Shown one piece after another: positions 1 through 8,199 of a DNA stretch of 35,270 bases. The DNA lies in contig DATGND010000277.1 in NCBI GenBank assembly GCA_035306925.1, positions 1 through 35,270 of the forward strand. The letters are read 5' to 3'. The notes beneath the pieces were generated by a model that was given only the letters and a program-made list of their open reading frames with translations, made no database searches and was not told the DNA's origin. The DNA is from Bacteriovoracaceae bacterium (GTDB taxonomy: Bacteria; Bdellovibrionota; Bacteriovoracia; Bacteriovoracales; Bacteriovoracaceae). Numbering within the stretch: the stretch's first letter is position 1; each line of letters begins with the position of its first letter. The position numbers were made by a program, and so were the translations under genes.

Positions 1-32
1 ATAAAGCGTGAAACCAAACAGGAGGAATAATC

Positions 33-200
33 ATGCGTGCAGTTATTGAAATTATTCTTGCGATAATTTTTACGGCCGTCACTGGAACGACAGTTTTAAA
101 CTTCTCTAGTAAGGCCATCAAAAAGGAAGCTCTCACAAAAATACAAAGGGGTCTGCCAAGCTTAAAAGATTTTACTTTAAAAATGATTCAGAGAAATTAA
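33..200 (+). CDS. Small 55-aa protein with an N-terminal hydrophobic helix (not in the ORF track)
   Basis: GGAGG at 21-25, ATG at 33, TAA at 198-200. Translates to MRAVIEIILAIIFTAVTGTTVLNFSSKAIKKEALTKIQRGLPSLKDFTLKMIQRN. Confidence 0.65.
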   Translation: MRAVIEIILAIIFTAVTGTTVLNFSSKAIKKEALTKIQRGLPSLKDFTLKMIQRN

Positions 201-249
201 GCCCCTTTTGGCCATAGCTCTATTAGTACCAAAATTCAAAAAGGCTTAA
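197..249. terminator. Imperfect inverted repeat between convergent genes; possible terminator
   Basis: TTAAGCCCCTTTTG (197-210) and CAAAAAGGCTTAA (237-249) with a long loop. Confidence 0.3.
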
Positions 250-256
250 TGACTAG

Positions 257-1102
257 TTAATCACATTTATTAGAACAACATGTCTCTTTTACTGGCTCTA
301 CTTTCTTGATTTTTGATAACCTAATTATGCTAATACCGCCACTAATTACTATAATAGAGACAATTCCACCAATAATTAAATCTGGTATATTACTATTAAG
401 AAAATAAACTAACGCACCAGAAACAATTACTCCTGTATTAACAATTACGTCATTAGCAGAAAAAATCCAACTGGCCTTCATATGAACTTCGCCGTCTTTA
501 TGCTTGTGAATCAAAACAAGACACCAAAGGTTCGCGATAAGAGCGATCATTGAAACGACAATCATATAATTAGAAAGTGGCTCACTCCCAAAGTAGAACT
601 TTCTACCGACCTCGACTAGGCAAAGCAAGCCAAGAGAGATTTGCATTACTCCACTAAAGTATGCTGCTTTGTGCTTCATTGAGATCGACTTTCCGACAGC
701 GTAAAGACTTAGGCCATAGACAAATGAATCAGCTAGCATATCAAGTCCATCAGCGAGAAGCCCTGTAGACTCAGCATAAAACCCTAACATGATCTCAATA
801 ACAAACATCGTAAAGTTTATGCCTAGTAAGTATTTTAACGTTTTCGCTTCTACACTAGGAGCAATATCTGGAACTTCATCAATTCCTATTTCTTCTGTAC
901 TAATTAACTCACCAGGAAGGGATATGGTATTCAAAGATTCTATTATTTGGTGCTTATCCACACTATGATAAAAATGCACAATCCTAGACTCTAAATCAAA
1001 CTCCATCTTTGCACTTGGATCTAAGTTTTCCATCAATCCTTCGATCATTTTTATTTCCGAAGGACAATCCATTTTTTTTATATTTACAGATGTTTTTTGC
1101 AC
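257..1102 (-). CDS. Cation diffusion facilitator (Co/Zn/Cd efflux) with an N-terminal HMA-like domain
   Basis: N-terminal MDCPSE. CDF motifs STGLLADGLDMLAD and ASWIFSAND. About 6 TM helices and a Cys-rich tail. GTG start. Confidence 0.85.
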   Translation of the reverse strand: MQKTSVNIKKMDCPSEIKMIEGLMENLDPSAKMEFDLESRIVHFYHSVDKHQIIESLNTISLPGELISTEEIGIDEVPDIAPSVEAKTLKYLLGINFTMFVIEIMLGFYAESTGLLADGLDMLADSFVYGLSLYAVGKSISMKHKAAYFSGVMQISLGLLCLVEVGRKFYFGSEPLSNYMIVVSMIALIANLWCLVLIHKHKDGEVHMKASWIFSANDVIVNTGVIVSGALVYFLNSNIPDLIIGGIVSIIVISGGISIIRLSKIKKVEPVKETCCSNKCD

Positions 1103-1768
1103 CTATGCCATACCTTTTTCCAATTTTAATCTGGAAGCGATGAAAAAAGAGAGGACTAAAAGAACCATAATCATTTGTGCGATTAGAACTTCTAGCGTCG
1201 AATTAAAGCCTATTGATGGTAGAGAAAAAATATCTAGCGAAGTTTGTGGAAATACACCAGTCTTTTGAAGAGCACCAATTCCTTTTCCTAAAAAAATTGT
1301 CGATAAACTCAAAATTAATATAGTTGATGCCTTAAATAGATACTTTAAGTTAAGCTTGATTGAGAATTTAATCGCAACCAAAATGACAAAAAAGGTTAAT
1401 AGCACTGCTGATATAGCTCCAATTCCAACAAAGTACTGCTGATAACCGTCAAGAATTAATACTTTAAGAAAAAGTATTGTTTCAAATATTTCTCTAAAAG
1501 ATGCAGTAAATGCAATAAAAAATAAAGTCAAACCTCTCCCACTTCCGAGAGTAGTGTCTACTGCTGAGGTAAATTTATCTTTTAGTTTTTGAATATCAGT
1601 ATTTTTATGCATCCAGTATCCGACATAAAACAATAATAAGGATGCGATTAACGCAGTATATCCCTCAAGAGATTCAGCAACTTCCCCTGTTATACTAATA
1701 TATCTACTCAGCAAGATATATGCACCAACTCCGATTGCTATTGATGAAAAATATCGCAGACGAACCAA
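1103..1768 (-). pseudogene. 5'-truncated FTR1/EfeU/PbrT-family iron/lead permease
   Basis: Has ESLEG, YVGYWMH, the second RExxE motif (FREIFET) and GKGIGALQKTG. The first RExxE/TM1 is missing, and an in-frame stop lies about 9 codons upstream of the TTG. Confidence 0.7.
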
Positions 1769-1827
1769 GCTTTTGGGCTTAAAAACAATAATTTCAGTGA
1801 TTTAAAAATAGTGCAAAAAATATCGCA
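1747..1827. repeat. 12-bp direct repeat AAAAATATCGCA (1747-1758 and 1816-1827)
   Basis: Two exact copies read directly, lying between the FTR1 breakpoint and the tRNA 3' end. Confidence 0.75.
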
Positions 1828-1834
1828 CAAAAAA

Positions 1835-1911
1835 TGGTCGGGGTGATTGGATTCGAACCAACGACCACCTGCTCCCAAAGCAGATACGCTACCAGACTGC
1901 GCTACACCCCG
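1835..1911 (-). tRNA. tRNA-Pro(TGG)
   Basis: Reverse complement CGGGGTGTAGCGCAGTCTGGTAGCG...TT-TGG-GA...GGTTCGAATCCAATCACCCCGACCA. 77 nt with encoded CCA. Confidence 0.97.
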
Positions 1912-1935
1912 ATGGTTTTGAATAGGAATAAATAT

Positions 1936-2532
1936 TTAAGTCTTTTTTTGCGATTTGTCCACGTTTTCTTTAAAGAAAGATAAAGCATTTTTAACAGCTC
2001 TTGCGCGATGCGAAAACTCATTCTTCCACACAGGTAAATTAGCTACTGTTTCGCTCTTTCCCTCTGGAATAAAAACCGGATCATAACCAAACCCATGCTC
2101 TCCAGAAATCTGAGTTCCAATCTCGCCTTTCATTCTTCCCTCAAAGAAATAAACCTCTTCCTCTGAAAAGTAAAAACACAGCACACAGACAAAATGTGCT
2201 CCACGCTCCACACCTTCTTTTTGAGCATAAATATCCAAAAGCTTTTGGCATTTATCAGTATAAGAAGAAAGCTCCGGAGCAAAACGGGCACTTTGCACTC
2301 CTAAAAGCTCTGGAAAGGCATCCAAAACTAAGCCTGAATCATCGGCCAGAGTAGGAACTTTGAATTTTTGATAATAGCTTTTAGCCTTTAAAAAAGCATT
2401 TTCTTGAAAGGTAGCCCCTGTCTCATCTACCTCAATAGCGTGAGGAGCAGGAGCGACTTCTATTTGATTCTCAAATAATAAAGAAAACTCTTCCGCTTTA
2501 TGAGAGTTACTCGAAGCTAAAATAAATTTCAT
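1936..2532 (-). CDS. rdgB: Non-canonical purine NTP pyrophosphatase (RdgB/HAM1)
   Basis: [31 protein letters not shown] and SHR motifs. Follows rph. Confidence 0.95.
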   Translation of the reverse strand: MKFILASSNSHKAEEFSLLFENQIEVAPAPHAIEVDETGATFQENAFLKAKSYYQKFKVPTLADDSGLVLDAFPELLGVQSARFAPELSSYTDKCQKLLDIYAQKEGVERGAHFVCVLCFYFSEEEVYFFEGRMKGEIGTQISGEHGFGYDPVFIPEGKSETVANLPVWKNEFSHRARAVKNALSFFKENVDKSQKKT

Positions 2533-3239
2533 TCAATACCTTTAAGGACTTCTTGTTGAGCTTCCGTGACTTTAATCATTGCCCTTTGAGCACATTGAAT
2601 GAGGTCTTGAAGCTGTTCAAAAGAAAATGGCTCACCTTCAGCTGTTCCCTGGATTTCCACAAATTTCCCAGATGTAGTCATAACCACATTCATATCTGTT
2701 TCGCAGCTTGAATCTTCTTCGTAGTTTAAATCTGCGATAATTTCATTATCTTTGTTGATTCCAATAGAGATAGCAGCTAATCCATCTTTTATAGGAGAAG
2801 CGGCCAGAAGACCTTCTTTAATAAGCCTTCTAACAGCAATTTCCAGAGCTACATAGGCCCCTGAAATGGAAGTAGTGCGAGTACCACCATCTGCAATTAA
2901 CACATCACAATCGATTAAAATTGATCTCTCCCCTAAGGCCTTAAGATCAACAATCGAACGAAGAGAACGGCCAATCAAGCGCTGAATCTCCTGAGTTCTA
3001 CCAGAAGGTCCCTTTCTTTCACGATCATTTCGTGAGTGAGTTGACCCTGGAAGCATAGAATATTCAGCCGTCACCCAGCCTTGCCCCTTTCCTTTTAAAA
3101 AATTTGGTACTGATTCTTGAACAGAAGCGGTAATATGGACTTTGGTATTTCCAAATTCTGCAATTACTGAACCGTAGGTGTAAGGATTGATATTTGGGGT
3201 AAACTTAATAACACGGGGTGTATCTCTTTTAATTGGCAT
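2529..3239 (-). CDS. rph: Ribonuclease PH
   Basis: [34 protein letters not shown] and VEIQGTAEG. Confidence 0.97.
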   Translation of the reverse strand: MPIKRDTPRVIKFTPNINPYTYGSVIAEFGNTKVHITASVQESVPNFLKGKGQGWVTAEYSMLPGSTHSRNDRERKGPSGRTQEIQRLIGRSLRSIVDLKALGERSILIDCDVLIADGGTRTTSISGAYVALEIAVRRLIKEGLLAASPIKDGLAAISIGINKDNEIIADLNYEEDSSCETDMNVVMTTSGKFVEIQGTAEGEPFSFEQLQDLIQCAQRAMIKVTEAQQEVLKGIE

Positions 3240-3250
3240 TGGTATCCTTT

Positions 3251-3934
3251 ATGATTAGACAGATTCATTTAGAACAATGTGATTCTACACAAGATGTACT
3301 TAAAGAACAATTAAGCCGTTATCCTGGCGAAAATATTCTCATCAGTTGTGATTTACAAACCAGCGGAAGAGGCAGAGGCAATCATCAATGGAGTCCCATG
3401 CCCGGAAGCTTGTACATGTCATTCAGCGTCGCTCCCTCTGTTATCCCTAGCTTTACGGCCATCGAACTTTCTGTACTTGTTGCAGAATTTTTTGAAGGAT
3501 CAAAACTCACACTTAAATGGCCTAATGATATTTATAATCATGATTTAAAGAAATGCGCGGGTATTCTCATTCAGCAATCTAATAATCAAATGATGGCAGG
3601 AATAGGAGTTAACCTTTATTCAAACAATGAAGCTTACGGCGGAGTTTTTAATCAAAACTTTGAATGCGATAAGAAGTCATGGTGCCTTGAACTAGTAAAA
3701 TTTATCAATGAAAATAGATTCACCTGTATTACTGAATTAAAAAAGAAATGGATGGAAAAATGTCATCACCTTAATGACATGGTCGTCATCATTGATGGGA
3801 ATGAAAAAATTTCAGGGGCTTTTCGCGGTCTAGGCGAGTATGGTGAAGCCCTCATTGAAAATAGTGAGGGCATTCACAGAGTGTATAATGGAAGTCTTCG
3901 CTATTTTAATCCTGATCTTCAAGAACTTTATTAG
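3251..3934 (+). CDS. birA: Biotin--[acetyl-CoA carboxylase] ligase without an HTH domain
   Basis: DSTQ, QTSGRGR, KWPND, KCAGIL and GIGVN. ATG at 3251 preferred over TTG at 3233. Confidence 0.92.
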   Translation: MIRQIHLEQCDSTQDVLKEQLSRYPGENILISCDLQTSGRGRGNHQWSPMPGSLYMSFSVAPSVIPSFTAIELSVLVAEFFEGSKLTLKWPNDIYNHDLKKCAGILIQQSNNQMMAGIGVNLYSNNEAYGGVFNQNFECDKKSWCLELVKFINENRFTCITELKKKWMEKCHHLNDMVVIIDGNEKISGAFRGLGEYGEALIENSEGIHRVYNGSLRYFNPDLQELY

Positions 3935-5156
3935 AGATCTTCTTCAGTTCTGAGCGAATGAGATTTTCTGCCAGGTCAGGAATCATCTCCCAGGCAATCT
4001 TTTCAATTTTTGAAGAAAATAGCTCATCAAGATACTGTTTCACGTATTTTTGTACCATTTCTTCAACTTCTTCTCGAGAGACAGCAGAGATAGGCGCTGG
4101 AGTAGACTTTAATTCAGGAACGACATCATTTTCATCCAGGCGAGGGAAAATATCTTCATCAGATTCAAAAACTTTTTCAGTCTGCTCAAGATCTTTCACT
4201 CCCTGCTCGACTTCAGTTTTAAAGTCTTCAAACTCATCAACCTTCCACAAGTCCGCTTCTACTTCATCCTTGATCATCTCTTCTAGTTGATCAATATCAG
4301 AAGTTTCTTCAGTAGGGTATGTTTCTTCAAACTCGATCTCTGAAGGATAGTCAGTGTAGCTTTCCAAAGAAATAAGTTTTGATTCTTTTTCCTTAGCTTC
4401 TACCTTCGGTTTTATTTCAGGATACTCAAGGTCAGCAGCACTTGGAGTCATTGCTGTTGGATACTCTAAATCAGCTTCACTCGGAAGGTTCACATCAGTT
4501 TTTTCTTCTTTTTTAGTTTCTGCTGCTACTTCTGCTTCTGCTGATTCAGGAAGATCTATCACTGGAGGAAGATCAACCATTGGTCCTGTTGGAGATTGAT
4601 TAATAACTCCAGGGATACTCATTCCCCAATCGTTCATCTCTTTATCAAGCGCATTCATATCTCCACCTGAAGACGCTGGAGCCGCATCTTCAATCTTAGG
4701 TGGAACTTTCTCAACAGTATCATTTACACTCCATTGAGATTCCAGATTATCGAAGGATGAGGTTTCGTGAGGAGGATTGGCAATTCCTGGTTCCTGATGA
4801 GTTAATCTTTTACACAGAGAAATAAATTTGTTGGAATCAAACGGCTTTACGATTTTGTCTGAAGCTCCACATTTTTCCATGGTAGCATCATCAATCGTGT
4901 CGAATGTCCCCATTAAGAATAGAATCTGAGTGGTAGGGGATTTTACTTTAATTTTTTCTGCAAGTTCAGGACCAGAATATTTATCTGATAGATTAAAGTC
5001 TAAACAGACAAGATCAATTTTATTCTTTTCAAGTTCAGTGAAAAGAGCATCTTCTGATAAACACTCAATAAGATTGTAAGGTTGCTTGGCCAGAGTGATA
5101 TTAATAACTTTCTGAATGGTCTGGCTGTCATCAGCAACTATAACTTTGTAACTCAT
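3906..5156 (-). CDS. romR: RomR-like polarity response regulator (receiver domain, acidic/Pro-rich linker, RomR-C helix)
   Basis: Receiver VADDSQTIQKVI...GTFD...KPFDS. The C-terminal IEKIAWEMIPDLAENLIRSEL matches the RomR-C signature as I recall it from Myxococcus RomR (IEKIAWEVVPQLAETIIREEL). Confidence 0.88.
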   Translation of the reverse strand: MSYKVIVADDSQTIQKVINITLAKQPYNLIECLSEDALFTELEKNKIDLVCLDFNLSDKYSGPELAEKIKVKSPTTQILFLMGTFDTIDDATMEKCGASDKIVKPFDSNKFISLCKRLTHQEPGIANPPHETSSFDNLESQWSVNDTVEKVPPKIEDAAPASSGGDMNALDKEMNDWGMSIPGVINQSPTGPMVDLPPVIDLPESAEAEVAAETKKEEKTDVNLPSEADLEYPTAMTPSAADLEYPEIKPKVEAKEKESKLISLESYTDYPSEIEFEETYPTEETSDIDQLEEMIKDEVEADLWKVDEFEDFKTEVEQGVKDLEQTEKVFESDEDIFPRLDENDVVPELKSTPAPISAVSREEVEEMVQKYVKQYLDELFSSKIEKIAWEMIPDLAENLIRSELKKISNKVLEDQD

Positions 5157-5199
5157 CCCTGAATTCTCCTGTAGTCTAAAATTATAGGGTTCAGGGATG
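5154..5199. repeat. Perfect 10-bp inverted repeat overlapping the romR start codon
   Basis: CATCCCTGAA (5154-5163) and TTCAGGGATG (5190-5199), with a 26-nt spacer. Confidence 0.8.
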
Positions 5200-5210
5200 C
5201 ACTATGTGAA
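5181..5210 (-). promoter_or_regulatory. Putative sigma70 promoter for romR
   Basis: Minus strand TTCACA-N18-TATAAT, followed by an AGGAG RBS and the ATG. Confidence 0.55.
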
Positions 5211-5218
5211 TGAAAAAG

Positions 5219-5956
5219 TTAATACTCGAGCAGCATTGCGACTTGATTATCCACATTACCTTTAGTGTTGGATAGTTTTAGTAAACTATTAAGTCTTTCC
5301 CCTGAATCCAAAGCTGGTCGAGAGAGGTGATAAAGAATTTCTTCATCATTTACAGTTCCAAAAACACCATCGGAAAGCAAGAGTAGCTTATCCCCTTCAA
5401 CTAGTCTTACCTCTTTAAGATTATAAGTTAGTTCGGGGTACATTCCCACTGCACTCATGGGAGTAGAACGAAACCGTCCTTCAATCTGACCTTTAGAATG
5501 AAACTTCATATCATCTTCATGAATAATCTTAACTAAATTCCCCTCTCTGAAGTGATAAGCACAGCAGTTACCAATGCCTAACAACACCATTAAGCTTTCC
5601 GACTTTGCCGCTACAATCGTACTTATTCCCGCTCGCTGGTTAATCGTCTTAAGGTTATTTACGCTAAGTAAGGACTGGTGAGCGTTCAACAAGGCATTTA
5701 CTAGAGCATTGCCCACTAACACATTCTTAGGGTTATAGTATAAAGGCATAGTGGCATTAGGATCATCCGCTAGCTTTGTATAAAAATTTTTTACATGTTG
5801 CTTGAAGTTTTCAGCTGCAACATCTCCAATTCCTGAACCACCAAAAGCATCTATAATCAGATAGAGTTCATTCTCGAAATCAAAATCATACGCATCTTCA
5901 TTCACTTGAAGATATGGTCCTTGATGAGTTTTAGCTGCATAAGATTTCAATCTCAT
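5219..5956 (-). CDS. PP2C/PPM-family Ser/Thr phosphatase-like protein with degenerate motifs
   Basis: NED, IDAFGG, GNCCAY (canonical GDSRAY), LLSDG and DN motifs in PP2C order. Confidence 0.85.
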   Translation of the reverse strand: MRLKSYAAKTHQGPYLQVNEDAYDFDFENELYLIIDAFGGSGIGDVAAENFKQHVKNFYTKLADDPNATMPLYYNPKNVLVGNALVNALLNAHQSLLSVNNLKTINQRAGISTIVAAKSESLMVLLGIGNCCAYHFREGNLVKIIHEDDMKFHSKGQIEGRFRSTPMSAVGMYPELTYNLKEVRLVEGDKLLLLSDGVFGTVNDEEILYHLSRPALDSGERLNSLLKLSNTKGNVDNQVAMLLEY

Positions 5957-5958
5957 AG

Positions 5959-8199
5959 TTATTCCAGATACGTTTTAAGCTTGTCGCTTGCTTTTCTATA
6001 ATACTCACTGTCAGTCGGTGATATTTGTTGAACCTCTTGAAGCTTTTCTTTGGCATCATTAAATAATGAAAGAGATTCAGAAATAATAGCTTCTCTATAA
6101 AGTCTCTTAGATCTTGTGTCGATTTGATTACGAATATTATCTATTTCGTTTAACGCCTCAGCATTAGTCGGCTCTACCTTTAAAATATTTAAATAAGCTT
6201 CATAAGCGTTTTTAAGATCCTGACCTTCTTTCAGAGAGCGTGCACGACCTAATAAGGGACCCAACTCTTGAGCAAGCTCCGACTTAGCATCAGCAAGCAT
6301 ATCACTTGCTTCTTTAATTAAGTCTTCATCATTTCCCTTACGATTTAAAAACTCTTCCAATTTAAGGATGGCCTTGTACCAGTCTTTTTTCAGATAAAAG
6401 GTTTTACCTGGCGCCATAGCATCAACCATCGTCTTTCTAGCTGCTTCTTTAGCTGCTTGCTCTAGCCTTTTCTTTTCTTCTTCTTTTTGCCAAATCTCCA
6501 ATTCAAGTTTTAGCTGTTGGATTTCCATGTTCTCTGGATCTTTCTCAACAATTTGAGCAAAGTAATTTTCTGCCAGCTGGACCTGTCTATTCTTTACAGC
6601 TTCTCTGGCCTTAACCAGTAATTCATCGATAACTTTTTTCAGAGCAATTCTTTCTTCATCAGCTCTTTTCTTGGCTTCCAGTTCTTCGAGTTGCTTTAAC
6701 CCTAGTTTGGTTTGTTCAAAATAAGTTTGAACATTTTTATATTCAGGATCAATTGATACAACCGTTTCAAATTCTTTAAGCGCTTCAAAATATTTATTTT
6801 GTTCAAAAAAGCTTACTCCCAGTTCATAGGCAACATTTCTTCTGTTTTCTAACTCTGGGCTCAGTTGAATCCTTGGTTTTTCTTCAACTACTTTTTGCTC
6901 GGGAGCTTTTTGAGGAGTCGGAGGAGCTGCTTCCTCCCCTTCATAAAGAAGGGCCCATACTAAAATCAAACCAGCACCAATATATATGGCCTTCTTTCTT
7001 TGCTGAGGATTTTTAAGTATTCGCTTAATTATGCTTTTTTCTTCAGGTTCAGCTGGACCATCAAAAGAAATCTCACCTTCATCGAGATCGACTTCTTCTT
7101 CCTCGTATTCTTCAGTCTCAATAACCTGACCTGATTCAACCGGCATTAGTCGATCAGATTCAGCTTCCAAAAGGTCGGACTTAATATCTAAAGTAAAAGT
7201 TGTCGACCCAATCAAGAATTCATCCCCTGTCAGGATATGGGCCTTATTAATTCTTTCTCCATGTAACAAGGTTCCATTTGAAGAGTTCATATCTTCAAGA
7301 GTAATCTCATTACCGTTCTTTCTGATAACAGCGTGAACCGAGGATACCTCTGGGTCATTTAAAACAATCTGACATTTATTAGGATCTCGACCGATAAAAA
7401 CTTCATCCGTATCAAGCTGGTAGCGGTCGTAAGGAGCATATTCCCCAAAGATGACGAGTTGATAATTAATAAATGCTTTTAGAAAACGAGTCCCTTCATC
7501 CTGATCACCAAAACCATCCTCAGAACCCGAGAAGCCTTCTAGATCGCCTCCTCCAAAACCATCACTATATTCATCACCACCAAAGTCGGTGGATTCTTCT
7601 TCGCTATCATCTTCACTGGCAACTAAATCCATACTTTGATCATCATAGCCGGAATCTAAATCGGAGTAACTATCCTCTTGATTTGAATAATCACTCTCCC
7701 CAAAGCTATCATTATTTTCGTCACTGGCTTCTTCTTCAACTTCAGAAGAAGATCCTTCAGTAAGTATTTCTGTTTCTTCTTCAATTTCTTCCACCGGTTC
7801 AGGTATGTCTGAATCAGGAATATCTTCAACCGTTAAAGCTTCTGGGGCTTTCTCACTTTCGTCTGGAGTCTCTTCTACTTTTTCTTCAATCTTTTTAGGG
7901 AGTTCTACAGGGATGAGTGTATAAGGACCAAATTTAATCTCTTCTCCGCCAACAATTTCAGCTTGAGTGATGAGACTACCATTAATCAGAAGCACTCCTA
8001 ACTCTGAGAGCTTCTCGCAGTACCATTTATCATTTTGATTCTTAATAACCAGATGGTGTCTTGAGATTAAAGGATCATCGATGATGACATGACAATCATC
8101 GGCCCTTCCAATAAAAATCTCATAACTTCCGTACGAGTCAACAAAGTCTAGGACGACTTCATTAAGGGGTACGTTGTTTTTTAAGACAATGAGTTTCAC
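5959..8199 (-). CDS. FHA-FHA-TM-TPR membrane protein
   Basis: Two FHA domains (IGRADD..SRHH; IGRDP..SSVH..SSNG), an acidic linker, TM AIYIGAGLILVWALL and C-terminal TPR/coiled-coil repeats. GTG start with GGAG. Confidence 0.85.
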   Translation of the reverse strand: MKLIVLKNNVPLNEVVLDFVDSYGSYEIFIGRADDCHVIIDDPLISRHHLVIKNQNDKWYCEKLSELGVLLINGSLITQAEIVGGEEIKFGPYTLIPVELPKKIEEKVEETPDESEKAPEALTVEDIPDSDIPEPVEEIEEETEILTEGSSSEVEEEASDENNDSFGESDYSNQEDSYSDLDSGYDDQSMDLVASEDDSEEESTDFGGDEYSDGFGGGDLEGFSGSEDGFGDQDEGTRFLKAFINYQLVIFGEYAPYDRYQLDTDEVFIGRDPNKCQIVLNDPEVSSVHAVIRKNGNEITLEDMNSSNGTLLHGERINKAHILTGDEFLIGSTTFTLDIKSDLLEAESDRLMPVESGQVIETEEYEEEEVDLDEGEISFDGPAEPEEKSIIKRILKNPQQRKKAIYIGAGLILVWALLYEGEEAAPPTPQKAPEQKVVEEKPRIQLSPELENRRNVAYELGVSFFEQNKYFEALKEFETVVSIDPEYKNVQTYFEQTKLGLKQLEELEAKKRADEERIALKKVIDELLVKAREAVKNRQVQLAENYFAQIVEKDPENMEIQQLKLELEIWQKEEEKKRLEQAAKEAARKTMVDAMAPGKTFYLKKDWYKAILKLEEFLNRKGNDEDLIKEASDMLADAKSELAQELGPLLGRARSLKEGQDLKNAYEAYLNILKVEPTNAEALNEIDNIRNQIDTRSKRLYREAIISESLSLFNDAKEKLQEVQQISPTDSEYYRKASDKLKTYLE

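Noticed and set aside
3233-3250. Longer birA start (TTG at 3233)
   Set aside because: It overlaps the rph start. The family-like N-terminus begins at ATG 3251.
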